In this document: positions 1 to 11,787 of the stretch, one piece after another | How the letters are laid out: the number at the start of each line of letters is the position of its first letter | Numbering within the stretch: the first letter of the stretch is position 1 | Origin: Nitrospirota bacterium | GTDB lineage: Bacteria > Nitrospirota > UBA9217 | DNA: 64,000 nt | Assembly: GCA_963818475.1 (NCBI GenBank) | Contig: CAWFSF010000002.1 | Coordinates: 64,001-128,000, forward strand | Direction of reading: 5' to 3' | Program-made: the position numbers and the translations under genes | The notes under the pieces: generated by a model | What the model saw: only the letters and a program-made list of their open reading frames with translations | Told to the model about the DNA's origin: nothing | Database searches by the model: none

Positions 1-2433
1 TACTGCCCACAGCAGTGAAACCTGCGGGGCCGCTGCTTGCCGCACCCGTGTTCATATCCTTGACCAGCACCGTGCCTGCCTCGGTGCCGTCGCTTTTCCA
101 CAACTCCCTGCCGTTGGCTGCATCGGCAGCACTGAAGTAGAGCGTGCTTCCGATGACGGCGAAATCGACGGGGTAGCCGTCGCCTGCACCTGCGTTGATA
201 TCCTTGACCAGCACCGTGCCCGCATCCGAACCGTCGCTCTTCCACAGTTCATAGCCGTTGCTGCCGTCGTTCGCCGGAAAGTAGATCGTGCTGCCCATGA
301 CCGTGAATGGTCCTGGATAGCTGTAGCCTGTTCCCGTATCAATGATCTTGACCAGCACCGTGCCTGCCTCGGTGCCGTCGCTTTTCCACAGTTCATAACC
401 GTTGGTGCTATCGTTGGCATTGAAGTAGAGCGTGTCACCGACGACAGTGAGATAGTAAGGGTCGCCATAACCTGCACCGGCGTTGATGTCCTTGACCTGC
501 ACCGTGCCTGCCTCCGTGCCGTCGCTCTTCCACAGTTCATTGCCATTGGTTCCGTTGCTGGCAGAGAAGTAGAGCGTGTCGCCGAATGCGGTCAGGTTGC
601 GGATACTACTGGCGTCCGAGCCGGGCCAGATATCCTTGACCATCACCGTGCCTGCTGTTGTGCCGTCGCTTTTCCACAACTCCCGTCCGGTGGACTCGGT
701 GTAGGCTTCAAAGAAGAACATGCTGCCGGCGACGGTGAGCTGCGAGATCATGCTGCTGCCTGTGGGGTTGGTGGCCTTGACGATCGTGGTTCCGGCTGCG
801 GTCCCGTCGCTGCGCCACAATTTGTCCGCGGTGCTCGACCCGTCTGAAGCGCCGAAGTAGCTGATCCCGCTGATCGTGACCAGGGAGGTCAGATTCGAAG
901 CCGTAGCTGACCGTCCCGATATCGGCGACCATGGTGGTGCCTGCCTCGGTGCCGTCGCTGCGCCACAGTTCAAGCCCGTGGACGCCGTCGGAGCCGTCGA
1001 AGTATACGAACGTGCCGACAGCGATCATCTTTGCGGTCATGTAAGTGGATACGCCGTTCCCCGTACCGGGATTGATGTCTCGCACCGTGACGGTGCCGGC
1101 CGCGGTGCCGTCGGTCTTCCACAGCTCGTAGCCGTTGTCCATCGGCGGCCACAAAGAACAGAGTGCTGCCGACAGCAGTAAAGTTCGCAGGACCGCTGCC
1201 GTTTCCGCCCGGTAGGATGTCCTTGACCAGCACGGTGCCGGCCGCAGTTCCGTCGCTCTTCCACAACTCGACCCCAGCGGTGGCGTCTGATGCGCGAAAG
1301 TAGACCGAACTGCCGACGGCAGTTATGAAGTCGGGGATATAATTATAGCCTGGCTCCGGGGTAGATATCCTTAACCAGCACCGTGCCGACCGTCGTGCCG
1401 TCGCTCTTCCATAATTCACAGCCGTTGGTCCCGTCAGAGGCAGCGAAGTAGAGCGTGCTTCCGGCGACAGTAAGCTCGCCGCTGTAGCTGCTGCTGCCCG
1501 CACCGGGGTAAATGTCCTTGACCAGCTACCGTGCCGCCCGTGGTGCCGTCGCTCTTCCATAATTCCCTGCCGGTGGCCGCCTCATTCGCATAGAAGTAAA
1601 GCGTGCTGCCGACGGGAGCGAGGTTTCCGACTATGCCGATGTCCTTCACCATCACGGTTCCCGCTGCCGTACCGTCGCTCTTCCACAGTTGTTCGGACAC
1701 ACCATCCCAGGCCGTAAGGTAAAGTGAACCGTCCATGACGCTGAAGCGCCATGGATCGCTGCCGCCAGCGCCGGCACTGTATGTCCTTGACCAGTTCGGT
1801 GCCGGCTGCAGTGCCATCGCTCTTCCAGAACTCATAGCCGTTTGCGCCGTCGGAAGCCGCGAAATAGAGCGTACTGCCCACCGCGGTAAGCCCGCCGTCG
1901 ACGGAGATGCCGTCCGCAATGGAGTTGTCGATGTCCTTGACCAGCGCGGTGCCCGCTGTCGTGCCGTCGCTCCTCCACAGCTCATTGCCGTGCGTGCCGT
2001 CGTCAGCCAGGAAGTAGAGCACGCTGCCGACAGGAGTGAGCAGGATCGGCGTACTATCCCCCGCCCCCGGGTTGATGTCCTTTACCAGCGAGGTGCCTCC
2101 GGCGGTGCCGTCCGTCTTCCAGAGCTCCCGTCCTGCGGCCCCGTTGCTTGCCGCAAAATAGGTCACCCCTCCGATCGATGCCAGGTTCTGAGGGTCGGAA
2201 TCGCTGTTGGTGTTGATGTCCTTTACCAGCCTGGTCCCGGCGGCAGTGCCGTCGGTCAGGAACAATTCGTTTCCGGTCGTGCCGTTGTCTGCGCTTATGT
2301 AGAAGCTGGGACCGGGTGCGCTCGCCGACCCGCCTCCCCCGCCGCCTCCGCAGTTGACGAGCGCGACCGATGCGATCAGAGCAAGCGCTGCGATTACAAC
2401 AAAACCGGATCTCTTTCTAGTGGTAGTGCTCAT
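1..2433 (-). CDS. ELWxxDGT repeat lipoprotein (beta-propeller-like); runs off the left edge, split by several frameshifts
   Basis: Signal peptide with Cys followed by a Gly run (LVNCGGGGGGGS). About 16 copies of ELW(K/R)(S/T)DGTxAGTxLVKDI at roughly 144-nt period, spread over different frames (1582-2433, 708-1154 and others). Confidence 0.85.
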
Positions 2434-2510
2434 ATGGAACCTCCCTTTGACAGGTGTTGGAATGACTCAGATGATAATCTTCACGCGATAGTATCCACTG
2501 CCGCGCTTAC

Positions 2511-2699
2511 TCAGTTTCCGATTTTCCGTTTTTTTTCTTCTCCGGGATGACAGGCCTGCCTGCAGCCCAGGATGGCCCGCAGTTCTTCAAAGTTCATGAA
2601 CGTCCGTTCCTGGTTGACTTCCACGAGCTCTACCAGCCCCACGAGGTCCTGGGGGCTGCTGCTGTTCCTGCGATAGATCCGAACGACATAGCTGTCCAT
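2511..2699 (-). CDS. small hypothetical protein (62 aa, MDSYVVRIYRR...)
   Basis: ATG at 2699 preceded by an AGGAG RBS; lies between the regulator and the ELWxxDGT gene on the same strand. Confidence 0.65.
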   Translation of the reverse strand: MDSYVVRIYRRNSSSPQDLVGLVELVEVNQERTFMNFEELRAILGCRQACHPGEEKKRKIGN

Positions 2700-2737
2700 A
2701 AAACGCTCCTTGGTGCGGGCTCGGTTTGTACGACTGC

Positions 2738-2774
2738 AGCGTAACCGGGAGCAACCCACAGATGACCCACGGAT
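2738..2774 (-). promoter_or_regulatory. candidate SARP/BTAD-type operator plus -10 (TACGCT)
   Basis: Direct repeat ACCCAC(A/G)GAT at 2754 and 2765 (11-nt period), 10 nt upstream of TACGCT on the minus strand. Confidence 0.35.
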
Positions 2775-2935
2775 TCTTTTTTTTACATGAAGGGGAACGG
2801 GTGTTTTAACGATCGGGGAAAGGAATACAGTTCATTGAATTGATTCAACAATCGAAAATATCAGGCGAGAGCAAAGAAGGATCTATCAGAAGACGCAAAG
2901 TCAGAGCTTGAGGAGGGATGGCGTTTGGCGTTCCG

Positions 2936-5900
2936 TCAGGTCATGATCGATTGATAGAGGTCTTCGGTTTTGCGGGAGGGGGTGATGCCGAGCGACGAGA
3001 GCAGCAGGGTGCGGCAGCGGTTGTAGATGGAAACCGCCTCTGCGCGCTGGCCCAGTTCCTGATAACAGACCATGAGATGCTGATAGAATTCTTCGGCAAG
3101 GCCGTCCACCTCGATCCCCTTTTGGAAGATCTCAACGGCCTTTTGCCACTCCCGGTGCTGTTCCCAGTGAACGCCCGCTCGAAGGATGAGCCGGAGCACC
3201 TTGCTGCGCAGGCGCTCACGGGCAGAAAGCGCCCAGGGATGCGAGGAATCATTGGGCAGGAAATGGCCCCGGTACAGACCCAGAGCCTTGTCGCTCAAGC
3301 GCAATGCCTGCCCGGCATCACGTGAAGGTCCTCCGTTCTTCCAGGCCCTGTCGGCTGTCTCGATAAGACCTTCCAGCTCCCGGACGTCGACCCAGCAGCG
3401 GGAGAGATCCAGGGACAGGCGGCGCTCCTGCAGTTGAACGATATCGTCGCTCTTGATCAGCTTTCGCAGGCGCTGCACGGTCATTTCAAAGGACTTATGG
3501 GCCAGATCACCGTCCGCGTCCGGCCAGAGGATGTCGGCGAACTGCTCCTCGGCAACATCCTTCCCGCCCAGGGCGATCAGCGCTTTGAGCAGGGCGAGCG
3601 GTTTCTGCTGTACCTTTCCCGAGAAAAGCATCGGTTTCCCGTTGCTGACCAGTTCGAACCGCCCGAGCGTGAGGATCCTTAAAGGCCAGGGCCAGGAGTC
3701 GCTTGCCGAGCCCGGCGGCATGAGGGAGCGCTTGCGTATCAGGTCGTGCACATACCCGGTTTCGAGACCGGCATCGAGGGCACGGGAGCAGAGCCTGCTC
3801 ATTACGTCGCTCCGCCACCAGTAAAAATTCGTATAGCCTTCCTTTCGTCCCAGGGTCATGGCTTGCGCAAGCGGTGCGAGAACTTTCGAGTCCTCACCCC
3901 GGTCCAGGGCGATCTGCGCCTGGCTCAGGAAATACATGAATTCAAGGATCCGGCTCTTCATCCGGACGGCGATGCGGAGGGCCTGCGCCAGCTGAGGCAT
4001 GGCCGCCTCATCCTCGCCCTGCTTGTGCAGGACCTGCGCAAGAGCGATGCGGGATATTCCCTCATGGAACGGGGTCCCCGCTTCAAGAGCGAGGCGCAGC
4101 GCCTCCTCCACCTGGTGACGGGCCCGGGACAGATCGCGACGTACCAGCGCCTCCCATGCGCTATTGTATCGAAACATGCAGGCGTCGACTCGACGGGACT
4201 CGACGAAAGCGAGTTCCATCTTTTGCAGATACTCTGCGGCCTCTCCCGGATTTCCCTCGCTCAGAGCGTTGAGCGCCCCCTGGGAGTAGAGCTGCGAATT
4301 CCAGATGACAACGCCGGTTTCCGATGCAAGCTCCAATCCTTTGACAACGGCCTTTCTGCAGAGATCATGATTGCCCATCCGCACCTGGTATACCGCTTCG
4401 ACGATCCTGCTCAGGATCTGCGCGAGCGGCGAGGCGTCGTGACGTGGCCGCTGACTCCCGAACTCCCTTGATCACGAATTCAGCGCCGGCATGGTCCCCG
4501 ATCCAGAGATAATAAAGCTCCAGGTAAACATTGATGAAGCTCTTGAGCCTGATGTTCGTGCTCTTCTGTGCAATGGCCCGCGCACGGTCGGCCCACGTCC
4601 TGATATCCCGGTGATGCGGCTGGCGCAAGGTCAGCGCAAAGAGCATGCTGGTGGTGACGCGCGCGTCGATCTCCGGCGACGGGAACTCGGGGATGCCGCT
4701 GCATGAGGTCATCGAGCAGGCTTATCCACCGATCAGCCTGGGTGAACTCTCCCCAGCCCAGGAAAATTGCTTCCATCACGCCTGACCAGGAAAGGAACAA
4801 ACCTGCAGGGTCGATGATGCTGTTGAAAAGTTCGAAGGCGTGTTCAAAATGCCGCTGGCTCTCCGCGGGGTTGAAAGGCAGCCTGCACGCGCCGATCCAG
4901 TATTTCAGCCAGGGGTCGCTCTCCCGGTAGCCCTCGGGGAAACCGCTCAACCATCCTTCCAGTGTCTGGGTGCGGCCCTGGCTGATCAGTGCTTGCGCCC
5001 AGGTGTTGATCAGCCGGGCAAGCTCATCCCACGCGCCGGCGACGCACAGCAGATCAGCCGCCGGCTCCACCTGGCCGCTCCGTTCCAGCAGCAATGCCGC
5101 TTTTTTTCGCAGCTCGATCCGGCGCTCGGCGGACTGGACCCGGTCCGCGCGGAACAACAGGAATTCGCGGAACAGCGGATGATACTGATAGACGGTATCG
5201 GCGGACAAGCGCCGATCGGTAAAAAAATGATTACGGCTGAGCTCGGCCAGAATGGTGTGGGACGATTCGTTTCCCGTCAGTTCCTGAACAACGGGCACGG
5301 TCATGGTCGGCAAACAGGCGGACGTCAGCAGGAACTGCTGCGTTTCGCGGTCCGCCTTTTCAAAGAGCTCTCCCGCAAAATAGTGAAAGATCTCTTCCCG
5401 CGTAAAGTTGTCGATGGACATCCGGTTGGGGGCCGTCGTTCGCAGCTGCTCCAGCATAAGCACGATCCCGGCGGCCCAGCCCTCGGTGAAGCGGTACAAC
5501 TGCGCCATGACCGCATCGGGCAGCTGGTTCTTTCCGGCCAGAGAGAGCTTGCGGGCCTCCTCAAGGCTGAACTTGAGGTCCTCCCATCCGATAAAGCTCA
5601 TTGCGTTCAATGTCCGGAGGCGGGCAAAGGCGGGCCCCGGTTCGCTGCGGCTGATGAGGATCACGGTAACACCGTCGGGGATCGAGGTCAGGGCTTCGAC
5701 CATGATCTCGTGAAAGCGCGATTCAGCAGGAACGTCCTGGTAATTGTCGAACACAAGAGTATAGGGCGGTTTGAGCCTGCTGTAGAGGTTCTCGAAGTAT
5801 CGCCGGGCAAAGATGGAGACGCCGTGCAGGTATTCCGTGGTCAGGAACGGAAGGGGCGTGCGATTTCTCGGCGCAGCCTTCCGGGCGGCAAGGCACAGGT

Positions 5901-6141
5901 AATAGAAGAAACTGGCAATATCGGCGTCGCCTTCGTCGGCCTGGTACCACAGACAGGGCAGTTTCCGCTCGTCCAGATAGCTGGACACGAAGGTCGTTTT
6001 TCCGCTGCCGGCGGGACCGGAAACCCAGACCACGGACCGTTTCCGGCTATCGTCCAGCAAGGTGAACAGTCGCTTTCGGGCAAAGGCCCCCGAAATATTC
6101 GGCCGGCTTATCTTGGCGATGGCGGCAATCTTCTTATGCAT
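2936..6141 (-). CDS. MalT-like STAND ATPase/TPR transcriptional regulator with C-terminal wHTH-BTAD (SARP) module; two frameshifts
   Basis: Walker A GPAGSGKTT, MalT-like GWAAG and YHPLFREFL motifs, helical repeats, and a BTAD-like C-terminus (LYRGHFLP...W...ERERLR). Pieces at 4480-6141, 4365-4712 and 2936-4384. Confidence 0.85.
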
Positions 6142-6287
6142 GCTCGTCGGGGCTTCTCATGAGATGTCGCAATGGGCAAAAAGGAGCGTCCTGCAAAGCA
6201 TGTTTCCTTACCTGCAGGCTGGCTCGTTTCTGCAAAATACTGCAAGTCGAAGATGAACGCAAGGTATAATTATCTCTTTCTCATTTA

Positions 6288-6322
6288 TCCTTTCTCCTTC
6301 GGGAGAGGGCTGGGTGAGGGGG
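6288..6322. repeat. palindromic repeat of the CCCTCTCCC...GGGAGAGGG...GGGTGAGGGG type
   Basis: Similar to the copy at 27062-27106. Confidence 0.5.
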
Positions 6323-6373
6323 ACTTTTCAGGATGGAGCAATATTTATGGTTTCGTAAGTAGTCCCCTGTGCC

Positions 6374-6460
6374 GTCATTGCGAGGAGCGAAGCGAAGCGG
6401 CAATCTCAGTTTTTTAACATGAGACAAAAGGCGAGATTGCTTCGCTGCGCTCGCAAAGAC
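6374..6460. repeat. REP-like inverted repeat (GTCATTGCGAG...GCAATCTC / GAGATTGC...CTCGCAAAGAC)
   Basis: Long imperfect hairpin; related copy at 43172-43257. Confidence 0.75.
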
Positions 6461-6598
6461 AGCTTTCTCTACTTTTTAAGAATGTATCAATAGTTAATTC
6501 GTCACCAGATTTGCCCGAACAGGATCTTTCAGGGGGTATGCTGAGACTCGAGACTACGAACGTGGCTGCAGCTGCAGGCAGTACACTATCAAGCGCCG

Positions 6599-7285
6599 CT
6601 ATTTTTTAAAGCGAAGGAACCTGGGCAACTGCTCCCTGGAGGTTGCCAGGCGGAGGATGAAGCGCTCTTCAAGGGAAAGGGAAGGGTCTATCGATCCGTG
6701 GGCAGGCGGCGTATCAGGACTGTAGACCAGCATGTGGAAGGCCACCGAAGTTACCGGCGCGTCCTGGAGCGGGAGGCGCTCGATATGGGAAACGAATTCG
6801 ATCCAACGGTCGGCCATCTCGATGAACAGGGCCGTGTCCTGTTCCTGCAGATAGGCGGCAACCGATTTTGAGGGCGCCGGCACAAGGCCGGAACAGCGGT
6901 TCACTTCAGGGAGCACAATATGAGATCGGCCGCTCTCGAAGACCCTGCCGAGCGGGAACAGGCGGCAGGCAAGCGGCCGCGCTTCGTAGATCCGGCAGCC
7001 CGTCGCGGTCCAGAAATGGCAGGCCGGATCGCGCGGCAGCATGACGAGCGGAAAGCCTTTCGCCCGGTCCGTGTCGAGAACGTCGAGCAGGTCCTCGTAG
7101 GACAGGCCGGACGCTTTGCAGATCCGGGCGATCTCGTAGGGGTTCAGGACGATGGGGGCAGTCGCTTTGCAGCAGGTGGAGCTGCACCCGGCAGCGCCGC
7201 AGGTCAGCTGCAGCAGGTCGGCGTCCGCCAGCACCGGGGCATCGGCGCCGGCAACGGTTATGGATAGTACCGGCTTGTTCGGCAT
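6599..7285 (-). CDS. YkgJ family cysteine-cluster protein
   Basis: CxxxxCxxxCC...CHFW...CRIYEARPLACRLFP motifs. Confidence 0.85.
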   Translation of the reverse strand: MPNKPVLSITVAGADAPVLADADLLQLTCGAAGCSSTCCKATAPIVLNPYEIARICKASGLSYEDLLDVLDTDRAKGFPLVMLPRDPACHFWTATGCRIYEARPLACRLFPLGRVFESGRSHIVLPEVNRCSGLVPAPSKSVAAYLQEQDTALFIEMADRWIEFVSHIERLPLQDAPVTSVAFHMLVYSPDTPPAHGSIDPSLSLEERFILRLATSREQLPRFLRFKK

Positions 7286-7304
7286 GAAACACCTACAAAA
7301 ACAG

Positions 7305-7413
7305 TGGACGCGGATCTACGCGGATGAACGCGGATAAACCATGATGGTAGTGGTTACGATCAACCCCTTCGCATCAGATTGTAATCCGCATTTTCCGCGT
7401 AAATCTGCGTCCA
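7305..7413. repeat. inverted-arm element with (ACGCGGAT)x3 arms, about 10-nt period
   Basis: Left arm TGGACGCGGATCTACGCGGATGAACGCGGAT, right arm ATCCGC...ATCTGCGTCCA; close relative at 51443-51575. Confidence 0.8.
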
Positions 7414-7434
7414 AATGATTATTCGCTTTTTTCC

Positions 7435-8346
7435 TTACTTCCCGATCAGCCGTCCGCCCGACTTCGCATGCCACACCACGAGGATGGGGCTTGCCACGAA
7501 GATCGAGGAATAGGTCCCGACGATCACGCCCATGAGCAGCGCGATCGAGAAGTCGTGCAGCACGTCCCCGCCGAACAGCACGAGCGGAATGAGCACCAGC
7601 ACCACGGTCAGGGAAGTGACGATGGTGCGCGAAAGCACTTCATTGATGCTGGTGTTCACCAGCTTCGGCAGGGGATCGCGCTTGGTCTTCTTCAGGTTCT
7701 CCCGGATCCGGTCGAAGACCACCACGGTGTCGGTAAGCGAATACCCGGCGAGCGTCAGGAGCGCCGTCACGATCAGCAGATTGATCTCCCAGTGCAGGAT
7801 ATAGAAGATGCCGAGCACGGCCATGATGTCATGGAAGGTAGCGAACGCCGCTGCAACGCCGAACTTGAACTCGAACCGGAAGGCGATGTACACGATGATC
7901 GCGAGCAGCGCGACCACGAGAGCCCTGAGGGCGTCTTTCTGCAGGGCCTGTCCGATCACCGGCCCGATCTCGGTGATCTTTATGCTTTCAGGATCGTAGA
8001 GGTTGTTCGGGAATTCCTGTTTGAAGATCGTCTGGATCTTGTCCGACGTTCCTTCGGTCTCACGCACCTTGATCAGGAGCGTGTTTCCCTCGCCCACTTC
8101 CTGGATCGATGCGCCCTGGAAGCCGTTCTTTTCAAGCGCAGCGCGCGCCTGGTCAACCTGCAGCGCTTCCTTGAAGCTGAGCTGCACCGTGGTGCCGCCC
8201 ACGAAGTCGATGCCGAGGTTGGCCTTGTGCCTGCCGACCTGCACAACGCCCACGAGCCCCAGCGCAATGAACAGGGCGGCGACGGTGAACGAGACGTTCT
8301 TCCATCCCATGAAATCGATATTGGTCTTACCGAGAATATGAAGCAT
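7435..8346 (-). CDS. secF: protein translocase subunit SecF
   Basis: GIDFVGG and GYSLTDTVVVFDRIRE motifs; follows secD. Confidence 0.95.
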   Translation of the reverse strand: MLHILGKTNIDFMGWKNVSFTVAALFIALGLVGVVQVGRHKANLGIDFVGGTTVQLSFKEALQVDQARAALEKNGFQGASIQEVGEGNTLLIKVRETEGTSDKIQTIFKQEFPNNLYDPESIKITEIGPVIGQALQKDALRALVVALLAIIVYIAFRFEFKFGVAAAFATFHDIMAVLGIFYILHWEINLLIVTALLTLAGYSLTDTVVVFDRIRENLKKTKRDPLPKLVNTSINEVLSRTIVTSLTVVLVLIPLVLFGGDVLHDFSIALLMGVIVGTYSSIFVASPILVVWHAKSGGRLIGK

Positions 8347-8429
8347 TGTTTCCTCCGAGAACAACAATGAAAATTAAGATCACTGATTGCGTCTTTGCAG
8401 GCGCACGAAGAAGTTTTTGCACTGCGGCC

Positions 8430-8459
8430 TTCTCCGTGTCTCCGTGCTCTCCGTGGTAA
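8430..8459. repeat. right arm of a 9-nt-period element (TCTCCGTGTCTCCGTGCTCTCCGTGGTAA)
   Basis: Matches the arms flanking the GxxExxY gene; the left arm is degenerate. Confidence 0.7.
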
Positions 8460-8469
8460 GAGCTCCCGC

Positions 8470-10041
8470 TTAGATGCTCAGTTTCTCCAGCTTCCACTTG
8501 GAGTTGATGATGTCGAAGATCACCTTGGTCCCGACCAGCGCCGAGTACAGGTTGATCATGATACCGAGGCTCAGCGTCACGGCAAAACCCTTGATCGGAC
8601 CGGTGCCGAACATGAAGAGCACCGCGGCGGTGATCAACGTGGTCACATGCGAGTCGAGGATCGTCAGGAACGCTTTGTTATATCCGGCGTCCACTGCGGC
8701 GCGCGGCGCTTTGCCGGACACGATCTCTTCCCGGATGCGCTCGAACATGAGCACATTGGAATCGACGCCCATGCCGATGGTGAGAATGATGCCCGCGATA
8801 CCCGGCAGGGTGAGCGTAGCATTCAGGAGCGCCATGGCGCCCAGAAGCAGGATCAGGTTCAGGATGATGGCATAATCCGCGATCAGGCCGGACATGCGGT
8901 AGTAGACCACCATGAACACGACCACGACGAGCACGCCGAACAACGCGGCACGCACGCCCTTGTTGATCGAATCCTGCCCGAGCGACGCTCCCACGGTGAC
9001 GTTCTGGATGATCTTCATCGGGGCGGGAAGCGATTCACGCAGCACGATGGCGAGCTTGGCCGCTTCTTCATGCGTAAAGCTGCCGGTGATCTGCGCGTTG
9101 CCGCCGGAGATCCGGTCCTGGATCCGCGGGGCGGAGTGCACGACATTGTCGAGCACGATGGCCATTTGTTTGCCCACGTTCTCGCCCGTGACCCGTCCAA
9201 AGATCTCCGCGCCTTGGCCGTCGAAGGAGATGGAGATCGCCGGCCTGCCGCGCTCATCCATCTGGACCTTGGCCTCTTTCAGCCGATCGCCGGTGAGCAT
9301 GGTCTTCTTATAAACCAGGTAGGGCGCTCGTACGATCTTGCCCGACTGGTCCACATCCTCGCCGTACAGTACCTCGCTGTCTTCCGGTACATTGCCGGCA
9401 AGGGCTTTCTGAAGATCACCGTCCGAGTTGAGCATCTTGAACTCAAGCCTGCCTGCGGTCTGAACAAAGCGAATCGCCTCCTGGGGATTTTTGATGCCCG
9501 GAAGCTGCAGTGCGATCTGGTCGTTTTCCTGTTTATAGATTAGTGGCTCCGCCACGCCGTACTTGTCGATGCGCCGGCGGGTGATCTCCAAAGCCTGCTG
9601 CACGGCATTCTCCTTCAGGCGCCGTACTTCCGCCTGCTTGAGCCCGTAGACCAGTTCACCCTTTGCCCGCGACTTGAATTCAAGGATGGCATAGGTGTCC
9701 TTGATCAGCTTCTCCACCTTTTCATCCAGGGTGTCGGCAAATTTGGCCGTGATCTCCTGTCCGGTCCTGGTGAAGGTAGCGGACAGGCTCTGCAAGGCCG
9801 CCGTGGTCTGGAGGTCGGCCGCAATGTTATCGACCGACGCTTCCACGGCCTTGTCCGTCTCCACTTGCATGACGAGATGGCTGCCTCCCTGGAGGTCCAG
9901 TCCGAGCGCGATCTTCGGCACGCTCTGGTGCCACCACTGCGGCAATTGCGTTGTCAGCGGCGTGGACGGCAGGAACAAAAACACTGCGACCACAACCGAT
10001 AAGGCTATGAGCCCCAGTCTCCATCGAATGCTTTTTTTCAT
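8470..10041 (-). CDS. secD: protein translocase subunit SecD
   Basis: LGLDLQGG and GMGVDSNVLMFERIREE motifs. Confidence 0.96.
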   Translation of the reverse strand: MKKSIRWRLGLIALSVVVAVFLFLPSTPLTTQLPQWWHQSVPKIALGLDLQGGSHLVMQVETDKAVEASVDNIAADLQTTAALQSLSATFTRTGQEITAKFADTLDEKVEKLIKDTYAILEFKSRAKGELVYGLKQAEVRRLKENAVQQALEITRRRIDKYGVAEPLIYKQENDQIALQLPGIKNPQEAIRFVQTAGRLEFKMLNSDGDLQKALAGNVPEDSEVLYGEDVDQSGKIVRAPYLVYKKTMLTGDRLKEAKVQMDERGRPAISISFDGQGAEIFGRVTGENVGKQMAIVLDNVVHSAPRIQDRISGGNAQITGSFTHEEAAKLAIVLRESLPAPMKIIQNVTVGASLGQDSINKGVRAALFGVLVVVVFMVVYYRMSGLIADYAIILNLILLLGAMALLNATLTLPGIAGIILTIGMGVDSNVLMFERIREEIVSGKAPRAAVDAGYNKAFLTILDSHVTTLITAAVLFMFGTGPIKGFAVTLSLGIMINLYSALVGTKVIFDIINSKWKLEKLSI

Positions 10042-10080
10042 TGAATCGCCTCCTGCTGGATTCTTAGTAAATTACTGAGC

Positions 10081-10141
10081 ACCAAAATCGCCCAGACGCG
10101 AAGCTCAGTTTGATCCTTCGTGCCTTCGCGTCTTCGTGGCA
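10081..10141. repeat. degenerate 9-nt-period inverted element (AAG variant)
   Basis: Right arm CTTCGTGCCTTCGCGTCTTCGTGGC resembles 48189-48213. Confidence 0.6.
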
Positions 10142-10151
10142 AAAAATGACC

Positions 10152-10499
10152 TTACTCTTTCGGCTTCTCCTGCCCTTCGGTGATCACATGGGCGACGGAA
10201 CCGCGGGTGATCTTCACTTTCGTGCCTTCTGCGATCTTGACCGTCAGCGTATCCGGCGCCACGCCTTCAACCGTGCCGTAGATGCCGCCGCCGGTGATGA
10301 TCTCGTCGCCTTTCTTCAGCTCGTCCACCATCTTTTTGTGTTCCTTCATCTTCTTTTGCTGCGGACGGATGAGGATGAAATAGAAGATCGCGAAAATGAC
10401 CGCCATCATGATGAGGCCCGATGCGCCGCCGCCGGCCGGCGCCCCTGCAGCGCCTCCCGGTGCTCCCATTGCATACGCTGTAGCTATAAACATGTGCAC
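10152..10499 (-). CDS. yajC: preprotein translocase subunit YajC
   Basis: FYFILIRPQQKK...LKKGDEIITGGGIYG; tgt-yajC-secDF synteny. Confidence 0.95.
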   Translation of the reverse strand: MHMFIATAYAMGAPGGAAGAPAGGGASGLIMMAVIFAIFYFILIRPQQKKMKEHKKMVDELKKGDEIITGGGIYGTVEGVAPDTLTVKIAEGTKVKITRGSVAHVITEGQEKPKE

Positions 10500-10523
10500 C
10501 TCCTTGAGATATAGTTACGATTC

Positions 10524-11787
<1,264 letters not shown>

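Noticed and set aside
1-2300. Regularly spaced DNA repeats as a CRISPR array
   Set aside because: They are degenerate coding repeats of ELWxxDGT with about 144-nt period, and no cas genes are present.
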